From: Amoebidium appalachense
Taxonomy: Eukaryota > Protista > Ichthyosporea
Assembly: GCA_963693365.1 (NCBI GenBank)
Contig: CAVNZM010000003.1
Coordinates: 8,848,046 to 8,912,045, forward strand
DNA length: 64,000 bases
Direction: 5' to 3'
Below the pieces are notes generated by a model that was not told the origin of the DNA, made no database searches, and worked only from the letters and a program-made list of their open reading frames with translations. Made by a program: the position numbers and the translations under genes. Below, one piece after another: positions 28,060 through 40,146 of this stretch. Positions within the stretch are counted from its first letter, which is position 1. Each line of letters opens with the position of its first letter.

Positions 28060-29023
28060 CCCCCCCCCCCCCCCCCCCCGCACCCCCCCTCCTTGTAAAT
28101 GGTTTTAAAAATACAATTTCAATAATCAAAATGAAATAAAATAAAAATAAATCAATCATAAAAAACGAAAGAGATAGAGAGAAAGAGAACCAAGATGTAG
28201 ATTAAAAAACAACGAAGAAAATATGTGTAAATAAACATATGACAAAAAACCCAAGCTTATTCGCTCACACCTCTTGTGCAGGCACATCACCAGGATTCAT
28301 GTTCTTGGCAGCAGCAGCCACCGACTCCAGTGCCCTCACCAAGCCGGCCTGCCGTCTCTGGTCCTCTAATTCTTGTCCCCCTCCCCTCTGCATACCCCCA
28401 CCCCTCCCTGGGAACATGTGCCAGGTTTAGAATTTTCTGTGGTGTTCTTATCGCAGTCACTGGAAACAAGGCACGCAACACAGACAAATAGCCCTTGGAT
28501 GAAATAGATAAGAGAACATGTAACAGAAACTAAACTAAAAAAAAAATTGCACGCCTGTGCGGCAACCTAAAGTAGTTGTCTGTACGAGGAATGGAAGAAA
28601 ACAAGAAAACAAGATAAGCGCTTACGCAAGCAGCGTGCAGAGTACCCTCGTTGGTATTGGTCCAGACATAAAACCCGTTACACATCCACACGTGAAAAGC
28701 GCATATTGCCGAAAGCATTCATGCTCGCGGATGCATGATTACCAGCAAGTAACCAAGGCCTCTGCAACCCGAGAACCTGCCACGCCAGATCTACCAACCA
28801 AATCAGTGAACTCTACCGAGGACTCTTCAACACAACCCCATGTTCCTGCCAATTTACATAGAGAGATGTCAAGACCTAAAGTGCGCTTACCCTGCCCCCT
28901 TCCCCCTCCTCTCCCTCTCGACCCAGTCGATCTTTCGGCTGCCTGCCGCTGTTGCGCTGTGCGAGGTTGGGGGAGTGAAAGAAACGTTGATGTTGCCTGT
29001 TTCCACTTCTCAAGCGCCCCCAT
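5946..29023 (-). CDS. HEATR6: HEAT repeat-containing protein 6 (HEATR6)-like, 28 coding exons, ~1133 aa
   Basis: Hand-assembled exons (minus strand, 5'->3'): 29023-28891, 28407-28271, 26981-26871, 25508-25362, 24657-24511, 24011-23922, 23420-23258, 22756-22704, 21843-21773, 20885-20828, 19768-19663, 19086-19002, 18096-17964, 16900-16801, 16052-15644, 15101-14979, 14237-14198, 13676-13545, 12745-12623, 11379-11255, 10575-10476, 9515-9324, 8870-8760, 8265-8207, 7876-7759, 7203-7072, 6632-6553, 6069-5946 (TGA). All junctions are phase-consistent; total 3402 nt. Peptides match HEATR6 landmarks in order: [138 protein letters not shown]. Small, poorly conserved exons (1, 2, 8, 17, 27) rest on splice signals and phase only. 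Confidence 0.9.
11576..11724 (+). mobile_element. Short dispersed element, subfamily 1 (TTGAATGCG...GAGTTTCGACC), intronic
   Basis: Near-identical to the reverse complement of 60270-60416; follows a poly-G run. Strand is arbitrary. Confidence 0.8.
11788..12007. repeat. Intronic duplication of an ~80-bp G-rich segment
   Basis: gaggttggaggagaggagtgcggaggggccacaagtgtgtgagtgtggggagaagtgggc... occurs at ~11788 and ~11927. Confidence 0.8.
22079..22254 (+). mobile_element. Short dispersed element, subfamily 2
   Basis: Same start (TTGAATGCG..GTACGAAGTAC) and same 3' core (GCAGAGCCCATCCTCAGGG...GAGTTTCGACC) as the 11576 copy; close relative at 24798-24936; follows poly-G. Confidence 0.75.
22416..22693. 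repeat. 65-bp direct repeats flanking a partial dispersed element
   Basis: tatgtgcttacagatgc...aagcggtgggg at 22416-22480 and 22629-22693. Confidence 0.85.
24798..24936 (+). mobile_element. Short dispersed element, subfamily 2 (truncated)
   Basis: Aligns by eye to 22079-22216; flanked by G runs on both sides. Further partial copies at ~20571-20655, 21366-21389 and 22489-22588. Confidence 0.75.
25246..25340. repeat. ~29-bp minisatellite (aatcatcaaacacctataatcaggcaacc), about 3 copies
   Basis: Visible tandem copies just inside the intron after HEATR6 exon 4. Confidence 0.75.
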
Positions 29024-29779
29024 TATGTACAAGAAAAAGGGAAGCCACAGCAACCCTAGGAAGAAAAAAATGCCACCATCGAACAGCCTACGCTAGAACC
29101 CACTAACCACGGTAATGTCTCCACCATGATTGTTCTTTCTGTTTCCCTCCGACTTCTCAGAGTCTTCTCAAAAACCCCACCCAGAACAGGGCTGTGCTTG
29201 AACTTGGCCGCCCATGTTACGTAATCACCTGGCGCATTTTTACGCAAAGTTCAACCGTCTCACGTCCATGATCATCATCATGAGAATTTCAAGTTATTCA
29301 AAGTTTTTTTTCTGTTTCACCGGTTAGTACATAATAGCTAGTCAAATAGTAGCTACCTAACATTAGCAGCCTACATCTATTCTGGGTTTTCGGTAGCATA
29401 ACTGTACGTATAAATACCCTCTCCGGTGTTTTCTTGTATCCGTACCGCAGTGTGAACTACAGTAGGAAACGGCGTGACATTGATCATTTTCTTCAAGTTT
29501 TGCTAAGCAACCAACCAAAATGCAGTTGTGTGGGGTGGATCCGAGAGATAGCCCCACAGGCTACTAGCATAACCACCAATAGAACTGAAAAAGCCAAAGA
29601 TACGAAATAAAAATAATCCGACAAGTGACAAAGGACACCAGCGGGCAAAACCTTAAGTGTACGTGTATGCGTGAAACTAGTTTGCTCCAGCTAGTCATAT
29701 GCATCGATGTTGACCAGACCACACTCAGCAAGAAGACATCATTACTCCTCCTTCCCAACAGGCCCCCCTCAATAAAAAC

Positions 29780-31567
29780 TTCACGAGTTATCCAGTAACA
29801 AGTGCATACTGAGATACCTGAACACTGTGTGAAAATCATATAAATAAATGTGACGACCAAGAGAATTCAACAAAAAGTCTAAAGTGTTCACATTGCCAGC
29901 CAGTGTAGCAGACACCCATAGGGAAAGAGTTAAAACGCGACATAAAAACTCACACCTATCAACATGCTTGTGATTTAAAAAGTTCAGCACAAAGGTGGCA
30001 CCAGCGGCGATGAAAACAAGAATTACAGCGCCACTGCACAACTTCCCAGGCAATATCAACATCAGAGCACCATACAGACTTATCTACTAGGGCGGTATCC
30101 ATACGTACAGCAGGAGAAATGTATCCTGCCAAAGCTCCCAAAAAGCGATAATGATCAGTACGGTGTTGCCTAAGGAACAGAACACATGCCGACTGAGTTA
30201 TACCTTTTATTTCTCTATCAGAACGAGAAAGAAACTTATACTGCGTATGGTAATAACGCGAAAAGGCAGAAAAAACAGGAAGAGAAAAGAAAGAGGGAGT
30301 GAGATAGCGAGAGGAAGAATCAGGTTGAAAGAGGGTAGGCTGAGGACATTCAGAAGTAGAGTTGGTGAACCGGGGGGGAAGAGGGATGGAGGGAGGGGGG
30401 GGGAAAGAAAGCATAAAGAGGGTGACCATCAGGTATCCTAACTAAATGAAAACAAAAACGAAGAGACAATTCCTCCATACGACAAACAGCAGACGACAAT
30501 CCAAACATACTGATTAAGGGAGGCACAAACCGAGTACAAAACAAAGAGTGTAGCGCAGTACCCTGAAAATCGTCGAACTCTTTCAGCGCCACGGCCGCCT
30601 CGCGAGGTGGGGCGCAGGCCAATAGCGGAAGTCCATATTCGAAAGTCGGCCGTAAAAAAGTTTTATAGTAGAGAAGAAGGTTCGCAGAAAGTCGGCCGTA
30701 AAAAAGTTTTATAGTAGAGAAGAAGGTTCGCAGGATGGATCACAGACTCCCGTTGAAACATATATGACACGATGTGAAGCTTACCCTTCGCACGAGCGAT
30801 CCGTGCCGCGAGGAGCTTGCGGAAATCAATACCCCGTGCAGTAAAAGGAATACCCAAATAGTCATAGGTGCTCTGAACAGGAATAGGAAGACCGGCAAAT
30901 CGAAAGGAAGCGTTTTTCGAAAAAGTAGCACACTTTGCAATTCCGACTGTCATGAGATTCTCGGTGCACCATTGATCCACCTGACGAAGCATCTGGTGCA
31001 TGACATCTTTGGTTAAGGAACAAAGAACAATATTGTCCGCAAAAAGGAGACCCGGTACACGGCGGGTATGCAGTTGGCCAAAGGGTTCGAGGGCGCAGGC
31101 TAAATCGTCAATGAAAACGTCAAACAACAACGGACTCAGGAGGGACCCCTGCAGAAGACCCCGAGAACGGGAAAAACCGGGTGTTAATGTTCCATTGACC
31201 GCCGCTCCTCCGCGAGTGGTATCGAACAACGCTTGCAGAAGACGGCCAAAGGGGGCTGGTAAGCCCCGCATAGCCAGCTTATGCCATAACAAACCAGTGG
31301 GTACGGTGTCGTAGGCGTTCTTAAGGTCGATGAAGACAACGTGTGGAGAGCCAGAAGTAATGGATTCATGGAGTAACAGGCCGTGATTATAACACGAATA
31401 GGCATGACGAAAGCCCCCTTGAAGGGAAGAAAGACGGAACACGGCGTTTAAAGATTCGTCGGTGTTAAACGCGCGAAATTCAATGATGCAACCCTCGAAG
31501 AGCCGACGAAAAACGTTGGTAAGTGTGACAGCCTGGACGAAAGTTGTTAATGACCCCCTGCGATACC
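29780..31567 (-). mobile_element. Non-LTR retrotransposon (LINE) fragment with inactivated reverse transcriptase
   Basis: ORF 30663-31631 has non-LTR RT motifs FIDLKNAYDTV, GLLQGSLLSPLLF, LLFADNIVL (catalytic DD->DN) and YDYLGIPF. It continues YKTFLRPTFEYG across a frameshifting 46-bp duplication (30641-30686/30687-30732), then reaches a Cys/His-rich C-terminus (~30020-29950). The 5' part is cut off by the LTR at 31568; the ORF's first ~21 codons are LTR sequence. Confidence 0.88.
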
Positions 31568-34500
31568 TGTTGTGTGACGTAGTATTTACATATTGTAAGA
31601 TCTTCTCAGTTCGTGTTATGTTGAAGTTCATTCATTTACTTAGTGAAAAAAGATGTGCTCCTTGTACGTAAATTATGACATCGATCTCCAGTGTGTTTGA
31701 GTACTCGTAATCGTGTTGTGTCGGCTATATTCGTGTGTTTAGATATCGATTACAGCAACTGATTATAGGTACACGAGTCTACCCAGTGAGGGAGAAACGT
31801 CTACATATTTATGTGTACATGAATATCTTCGGTTACAACTGTGTTTTCATGTTCGTGTTTTCTGTCCTGCTTTCTTTTCTTTTTCCTCTTTCTTCTTTCT
31901 TTTCTCTTTCTTTCTTCTCTTGTTTCCTTTCACATAATTATATTTCTTTCTCACTAATATACGTTGAGTAGATTTATATTACTCGTTATGTTTTGATTGG
32001 TAGAAAAACACTTAGGTTACACTTTAGCTTGTCATGTATGATTCATAGCTTAGTCAACCACTTTTGTTTTGTGTGTTGCCTTACTATATTCAATCAGTGG
32101 ACTTAGTCAGAAAATGTCTGAGTCTTTGTAGACGGTGATAGGTTAGAAACATCACCTCTTTCCTCGTTACTTTTCACCTCATTTCTTTCTTATAGCCGTG
32201 ACCTATGTTGTGCGTTCCTGTGTCTCCGGATCTATCTGGGAAATGATCAGTTAATTGTGATTGGTTATTTTAGACATATATCTGATTTCCGACTGGTCGG
32301 AAATCATGTATGGATTTGACTTAGAGGAATTTCAGGTATTTATGCGAGATCAAAATAAATTGAGTTCAGTCGTGTTAGTAAACATTGATGTCTGTTGTGT
32401 ACACTGCTCCGATCGTTCCGTGTTTTAATGTTGTGTGTCTGTGGTGTTTTCACACTGCACCACTGTGTCTTTGCTTCCATCCCAAATACTTATACAATTT
32501 TACAGGTTATGCAGCCCTTTTGCACGCTCCCTACACACATCTAGACCTAGCGATCGTTTTTCAATCATGGATCCAAACAAAACTGTTGTGAACAAAATAA
32601 CGATGTGGAAAGGTGAAGGGAACTTGAAGACTGGTCCCGATAGCAAAACCACCTATTTTCAATGGGAAATCATCTTTCTCGGCATGATGACCGGCACCAA
32701 AGGTGTCCGACTCGTGGATGTTGTGCTTGCTGACAACTACGTCCCCCCTAGCACCGTCGCGGTGGACGGTGAACTCCCCTTCTACGGCTACGGCACTGCC
32801 GCGGAACTCAAGGAGGCCCGCAATTGCCAATGCTCCATATGATTCAGAACATCGACCCTTCCGTGCTCACCACCGTCGCCCAGTACCGCATTGGCATGGG
32901 CCCTGAACGGGCCATGTGGAAATTCCGTCAACACTACCTTCAAGGCAAACCCGATCAGATCCGCATCCTTCACCGTCAGTGGGATGCCTGTGCCCTTCAG
33001 CCCGGTGAATCATTCACCACCTACCTGAGTCGTCTGCAGACCATCGTGAACCAGCTCCAGTCCCTCCAAGATGAGTCCATTCACTTCACTCGTCTAGCTG
33101 AGAAGTTCTTCAATGAACTCACCACCCGAGACGACCTCACCCCTGAGTTCAACCGCCTCATCGAAGACTACTACTTCGGTGATAAGATATTCCCCGACTT
33201 TGAGTCCCTGCACAACCACATCAAGGGCATCGAGTTACGTCAAGACCTCAAGATGCAACTCCGGAACAACCGTGCACACCGTCCCTCCAAGTCCAGGATG
33301 GCATTGAATGCCAGTGCTCCCCCCCGTGATCTTCCCCGCCGTGACTTACGCAACCGACTTGACCGTACCTCCGGCACGGACCTCCGAACTCGTCTCTCCC
33401 GTCAGCACACCCGTTCCCGTTCCCCCCACCGGCCTGCCTTCCGGTCCACGTCCCGTTCCCCCAGTCATTCCCGTTTCTCGGGTTCCCGTCGTTCTGATTC
33501 CCCGGCTCGTTCAAGCATCCCGTCCGCGAATGAATGCTCCTACTGCCACGAGCCTGATCACAAGATCATCATCAATTGCCCCGAACCGAAATGCCGTATG
33601 TCCAGACACAACCGTTCCCGTCAAGGCAGTGAGAAATCCGTCTCCTTTGCCTTCTCTGCATACAATGCTAGCTCCGTCCCCGTGTCTTCCGACCCTGCCT
33701 GGGATTCCGGGTGCAACATGACTGTCTGCCCCACCTGTGAGTTCTTCCACGACCTCACTCCCCTCCCAGCACCGACTCCCGTTGCTGCCTTCAACGGGAC
33801 CCCCGTCATGGCCACCCACGCCGGCCATATCGTCATCAACACCACCACCGACCGTGACCATGGCACTGCCACCCTTACCATTGAGGCCTACTACACCCCG
33901 TCTGGCCAAGCCTTCCTCATCTCAACATCCCAAGCTGCTGCCGAATACATCAAGGGTGATTTGAATGATGCCTCCACTCCGTCATTCCTCTTCGACCGAC
34001 TCACAGGCCGTCACCTCCGAGTCGTCAACCTCCGTCTACACAACGGTCTGTATTACTTCACGGACTACACAATTCAACCACCCACTCGTCCTGTGGCTCT
34101 GGCTGCCACTACCAGTGTTAACCCATCCATCCGGCACCATCGTCTGGGGCACCGTGCTATGACCAGCATCAAGGAAATGGTGAAACACGACCTTGTTATC
34201 GGCCTCCCCTCGTCTGTCCTCGACTGTGATGTTCCTGATTGTCATGGCTGCATCATGGGTAAAACCACCAAGGCCCCGTTCAAGGGTGACCGTCCTCACT
34301 CCACCATCAGCGGACATGAATGGCATTGGGATTTTTTTTGAGCCTACCACGACATCGTACGGAGGCTCCAAGGTTGCTCTCGTCACTGTCTGCCGTGCCT
34401 CCGGACTCGTCAAGATCTACCCGATGGCCGACCGTACGTACCACCCTGGACATTATCACAGCTCACACCAACCTCGTAGCTACACATGCCCCCTCCAAAG

Positions 34501-34681
34501 TTGGTGACTACCACTTCGACTCCGGCTCTGAGTTCACCTCCCACGCTACCCGTGCTTTTTGCATCTCCCAGGGCATCAAGGCCAGTTATGCTCCGGTGGA
34601 CTGCCCTCAACTGAACAGCTATGTTGAACGTCGTATGCGGTTCCTCCAAAAGATTGGTCGTTGCCTCCTCCATCAAGTCCG
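31568..34681 (+). mobile_element. Copia family A copy A1 (diverged 5' LTR 31568-32504; gag-protease-partial integrase; truncated)
   Basis: LTR TGTTG...TTACA, then GGTTATGCAGCCC; frameshifted gag-pol (MDPNKT..., ORFs 32435-32842 and 32824-34341) nearly identical to the intact ORF at 42072-46478; ends at LLHQV where an inverted LTR begins. Confidence 0.9.
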
Positions 34682-35579
34682 TGTCAAATTATATAAGTAT
34701 TTGGGACGGAAGCAGAGACACAGTGGTGCAGTGTGAAAACACCACAGACACACACAACAACAAAACACGAAACGATCGGAGCAGTGTACACAACAGACAT
34801 CAATGTTTAGACACGACTGAACTCAATTTATTCCGATCTTCGAATAAATACCTGAAATTCCTCTAAGTTTAATCCATACATGATTTCCGACCAGTCGGAA
34901 ATCAGATCTATCTCTAATAGAAACCAATCACTAAGAACCAATTGCTTTCAGAGAGATCTGGTACGCGGAGACGTACACGATAGGACACAGACACTAGTTA
35001 AGATCAACTCGTGTCATCATCAAGGAAGTTCTAACCTATGACACACTGCAAAGACTCAGACATATCACACTTAACCTTGATGATTGGTTAAAGCCCGGCA
35101 ACACATGAAAACTAAAGTAAATCAATGAAGTCTAATCACACATGTTATTCTAAGTGTAGCCTAAGTGTGTTACCGTCCAATGAACACGTATTAAGTAGCA
35201 CAAATCTACCTAACATATATTAGTAGAAAAGAAATACGATTATACACATGAAGACAAGGAGAGAAAGAAAAGAAAAATAAGGAAGGAGAAAGAGAAAGAA
35301 AAAGAGAGCACAGATTAACAACCAAGATAGTAATAGCATAACTATAACCAGAGATATTTATGTACACACAAACATGTACACGTCTCTCCCTGAGTGGGTG
35401 GATCCGTGTACACACATATAAATATTCTCAGAATCGATATCACAATACACGATTGGAGCCGATACAACACGATTACAAGTATACAAGCATATCGGAGATC
35501 GATGCTACACTTTACATAATAGGAGTGCGGCATTTACACTAAGCATATGAACTGAAACATAACACAAACTGAGAAGATC
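34682..35579 (-). mobile_element. Copia family A LTR (A2), inverted, lacking ~30 bp of its 5' end
   Basis: Colinear with LTR 40688-41612; intact 3' end (...TTGACA) at 34682; breaks at GAGAAGATC and joins directly to plus-strand gag sequence. Confidence 0.9.
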
Positions 35580-38030
35580 CCTCCACAACCACGTCAAGGG
35601 CATCGAGCTACGTCAAGATCTCAAGATGCAACTCCGGAGCAACCGTGCCCACCGTGCCTCCAAGTCCAGCATGGCATTAAATGCCAGTGCTCCCCCCCGT
35701 GATCTTCCTCGCCGTGACTTACGCAACCGACTTGACCGTACTCCTGGCCCGGACCTCCGAACTCGTCTCTCCCGTCAGCACACCCGATCCCGTTCCCCCC
35801 ACCGGCCTGCCTTCCGGTCCACGTCTCGTTCCCCCAGTCGTTCCCGTTTCTCGGGTTCCCGTCGTTCTGATTCCCCGGCTCGTTCTAACAACCCGTCCGT
35901 GAATGCATGCTTCTACTGCCACGAGCCTGATCACAAGATCATCGATTGCCCCGAGCCGAAATGCCGTATGTCCAGACACAACCGTTCCCGTCAAGGCAGT
36001 GAGAAATCTGTCTCCTTTGCTTTCTCGGCATACAACTTGAATGCTAGCTCCGTGGCGTGTCCTCCGACCCTGCCTGGGATTCCGGGTGCAACATGACTGT
36101 CTGCCCCACCCGTGAGTTCTTCCATGACCTCACTCCCCTTCCGACACCGACTCCCGTTGCTGCCTTCAATGGACACCCCGTCTTGGCCACCCACACCGGT
36201 CATATCGTCATCAACACCACCACCGACCATGGCACTGCAACCCTTACCATTAAAGCCTACTACACCCCGTCTGGCCAAGCCTTCCTCATTTCAACATCCC
36301 AAGCTGCTGCCGAATACATCAAGGGTGATTTGAATGATGCCTCCACTCCGTCATTCCTCTTCGACCGACTCACCGGCCGTCATCTCGTCAACCTCCGTCT
36401 ACACAACGGTCTGTATTACTTCAAGGACTACACCATTCAACCACCCACTCGTCCTGTGGCTCTGGCTGCCACTACCAGTGTTAACCCATCCATCTGGCAC
36501 CATCGTCTGGGGCACCGTGCTATGACCAGCATCAAGGACATGGTGAAACACGACCTTGTTATTGGTCTCCCCTCGTCTGTCCTCGACTGTGATGTTCCTG
36601 ATTGTCATGGCTGCATTATGGGTAAAACCACCAAGGCTCCGTTCAAGGGTGACCGTCCTCACAGTCCAACATCCCCGGTCATGAATGGCATTGGGATTTT
36701 TTTGAGCCTACCACAACATCGTACGGAGGTTCCAAGGTTGCTCTCGTCACTGTCTGCCGTGCCTCTGGCCTCGTCAAGATCTACCCGATGGCCGACCGTA
36801 CAACCACCCTGGACATTCTCACAGCTCACACCAACCTCGTTGCTACCCATGCCCCCTCCAAAGTTGGTGTCTACCACTTCGACTCCGGCTCTGAGTTCAC
36901 CTCCAAGGCTACCCGTGCTTTTTGCCTCTCCCAGGGCATCAAGGCCAGCTATGCTCCGGTGGACTGCCCTCAACTGAACGGCTATGTTGAACGTCGTATG
37001 CGGTTCCTCCAAGAGATTGTTCGTTGCCTCCTCCATCAAGTCCAAGATCAGTCTCTGTCCCCCAAACTGTGGGCTGAGGCCCTCCAACATGCTGCCTACA
37101 TCATCAACGTCACCCCGTCCATGGCTGCCAATGGTCGTACACCATTCGAGGTTTTCTACGGTGTCAAGCCCGACATCTCCGAGCTCAAAGTGTTCGGTTG
37201 CCCTGCCTACACTCATGTGCCAGCCTCTAAACGGAACAAGCTGGCCCCCACCGTCAAACTCGGCATGTATATCGGCTATGATCTTCAATCACACTGCCAC
37301 CGGATCTTCAACCCCACCACCCATCGTGTCGGCCTCTTCCGTGATGTGATTTTCGACGAATCAGCTTATCTCCCGTCCGACATCCCATCAACACTTCCGA
37401 CCCCCGACACCACTGCCACCTCGACCACCCCACCCCCCCCAGTTGACACTGAAGATGATGTTTGTTTGGTGTACTCCGGCCCCCCCCCTGCCATCGTCGT
37501 TCCCCCGACACCCCCCCCACTGGCCCCCCTGCCCCCGTGCCCGTCCAGCCTGCCGACCTTCATCCTGCCCCTGGCAACGTCACCCCCATCCGACCCGGCT
37601 CCCCCGACAACTTCCACTCGGCCCCGTCAAGCCCGGAGGTTGCCCCCCCTGCAATTCCGAACTTCCAAGTTTCCCCCCCCCCGTCTTCACCTCCCCCGGT
37701 TCCTGCACCCCGTCGTTCTGCCCGTCTACAGGGCAAGGTTGGACTTCAAGCCACCACCACCCTGCCAGTTCCCCCCGGTCCCCCCATCAACATCGACCAA
37801 CTACCCAAACTTGTCCGTCAACTGTGTTCCGGACCCAATGGTGACCAGGTCAAGTCAGCCCTCACTGCTGAGTATCAAGCCTTCGTCGACAAAGACATCT
37901 TTGAACTTGTTGACCCTCCCCCTGGTGCTAACATCGTGGGCTTCAAGTGGATTGTCTCCGAGAAAACTCTCAACTCGGCTGGTGACACCAAGATCAAGGC
38001 TTCAGTCAGCAATACGGTGTTGACTATGAG

Positions 38031-39332
38031 TTGATTGAGAGCCCTGTCATCCGTCCGGCTGCTCTCCGTGCTATCCTCGCTCTGGCCGTTGTTGAAGGTC
38101 ATGACATCCATCAACTCGACGTGTCTACGGCCTTTCTCAACAGCCCACTCACCGAGACCATCTACATGAAACAACCCCCGGGATTCATCACCATGGCCAC
38201 ACAGGTCTGGAGACTCAAGAAAGCCCTGTATGGCCTCAAGCAAGCCTCCAAGGCTTGGTACGACTTCCTCGACGGCATTCTTCATGCCCATGGCCTGACC
38301 CGTACTAAGACTGACCCGTGCATCTACCTCCGGTTCTTCCCCAACAACGATGTGGTTCGGGCTGGTAGCTACGTCGACGACTCCACCATCACCAACACCC
38401 GGGGTTCTACTGCTGCCAGTGACCTGGCTGCCCACATCAGCAAGATGGCCAGCTGTCGTATGAGTCCATTTGACCGTATGCTCGGTGTTGATTTTAATCA
38501 CTCTGATCCCCATCACCTCCACATGCACCAGAGGTCTTACATCATGGATATCATCCACGACTTCAACCTCACCGATGCCAAGTCCAAGTCTACCCCCATC
38601 CCTGCAGGCACCACCGTCTCCCTGGCTGACTGCCCCCCCCAACCGTTCACCGTGCCCTACCGTGAGTTACTCGGCCGTCTCCTCTGGGTGGCACGGTGCA
38701 CACGTCCCGACATTGCCTATGCCATCGGCTTCCTTGGTCGGTTCAGCACCAACCCCGGCAAGACTCACTGGGACCTTCTCCGTCGTGTGGCCCGGTACCT
38801 GCTCGGCATCATTGACCTTGGCATTGACTACAAGTACTCGGCCACCCAGCCCCCCATACTCGAATGCTACACGGATGCTGACTTTGCTGGTTGTGCCGAC
38901 AGCAAGAAGTCTACCACCGGCTACATCATCGAGTTTGCTGGTATGCCCATCATCTGGTACTCCAAGCTTCAGCTCATCACGGCCACCAGCACCACCGAAG
39001 CTGAGCTGATTGCTCTCAATGCTGGCACCCAGGAAGTTGCTTGGGTCCGTGACCTCTTCAAGGAACTCGGCTGCCCCATGCTTGCTCCGACTCCGGTGTA
39101 CTGTGACAACCAGTCGACCATTGCCATCGTCAACTCCACCGGCATCAAGCACCGTACCAAACACATTGCCGTCCGGTATCACAACACCAAAGACTACATT
39201 GCCAGTGGGGATGTGGTTGTCCACTATGTCAAGTCAGCCCACAACTTGGCCGACATCCTCACCAAACCCCTTCCCGGCCCGAGTCATGTCACCCATCGTG
39301 CCCGACTTTGTGTGCCGGATATCGTCGATTGA
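38031..39332 (+). pseudogene. Copia A3 reverse transcriptase/RNase H segment
   Basis: HQLDVSTAFLN, LKKALYGLKQA, YVDD, YTDADFAG, LADILTK; upstream deletion and frameshifts relative to the intact copy. Confidence 0.9.
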
Positions 39333-40087
39333 CCCGTCCTACTTCAAGAGTGGTTTTCTAATGTTTACTACTTACTTTCCCATAATCATTATTTCATATG
39401 TATATTGCCTTTGTGGGTATGCCCACTTAGGGTTTTTATATAAGGTTTGACCTGTACCGCGACTCTACTCTATCTTTCACTGGTTTCAAACCCAGTTAAT
39501 CAAACCCCGACTATAAACGTTATACATATTCGTTGTTTTTGCCCCGGTTCCTTCCCCCCCCCACCCCCCCACCCCCCCTTTCCCTGTCATCTTCACTTGA
39601 TTCTCAGCAAGACTTAGAAGTTGAGTTTTGTATTTATTAGTTGTTGTAGTTTGTTTCCTTTTCCTTTCTTCATTTCTTTCTTTCTTTTCTGTTTCCGTGT
39701 ACACGACATCTTAGATCTGTGTACGTATCGACATACTTAGCTCGCGCACACGTATTGTCGTTTGCGTCAAAATCTATATATGTCATCCAATCATATCTCG
39801 TTTGTATTTTCCCAAATATAGTAACTTACATTCCTTTCTCATTCCTTTCTCACGACGTAGCATTGTGCTATGTTCTCCAACTATTAGGAATAATTATATT
39901 TAGACGTGTTATGATAAGAACATGTATAAATGTATGTTATGAATTAATAGTTACATAAGTGGTTTCATTTTGTTAAATGTTTCCGTGCTTTTATTAGAAG
40001 TTTCTTTCATTAGAGGATTGAGTTTTATATTCTATGTGTCGACAGACATTTTAATCGATATATTTTACACTCATAGTTTTCGTTCTT

Positions 40088-40146
40088 TTGATTGGTTTAT
40101 CGTTTCACATTCCCAAGTATAAAAGGGACCTCATCTTGAAATAAAT
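40088..40146 (+). promoter_or_regulatory. LTR-B promoter/polyadenylation signals (inverted CCAAT, TATAAAA, AATAAA)
   Basis: gattgg at ~40090, tataaaagg at ~40118, aataaa at ~40140; same motifs in the 3' LTR (~52600-52655). Confidence 0.5.

Larger units (their letters stand above)
1100..28100. repeat. Dense (CA)n/(TG)n, (CGCA)n, (GA)n and poly-C/poly-G simple repeats filling introns and spacers
   Basis: Directly visible, e.g. 1313-1800, 5283-5580, 7577-7740, 25670-25750; also across 54.3-64 kb. Confidence 0.98.

Noticed and set aside
191-28159. Hundreds of ORFs rich in CV/HT/P/G repeats
   Set aside because: Translations of (CA)n and poly-C/G tracts that lack stop codons; only short embedded segments are real HEATR6 exons.
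28743-28890. 45-nt in-frame intron plus extra HEATR6 exon 28845-28743
   Set aside because: It ends in phase 2 with no compatible next exon; exon 1 joins 28407 directly in phase 1.
29056-29127. Upstream ATG and 52-nt intron extending the HEATR6 N-terminus
   Set aside because: The spliced frame hits TGA just after the main ATG; at most a 5' UTR intron or uORF, unverifiable here.
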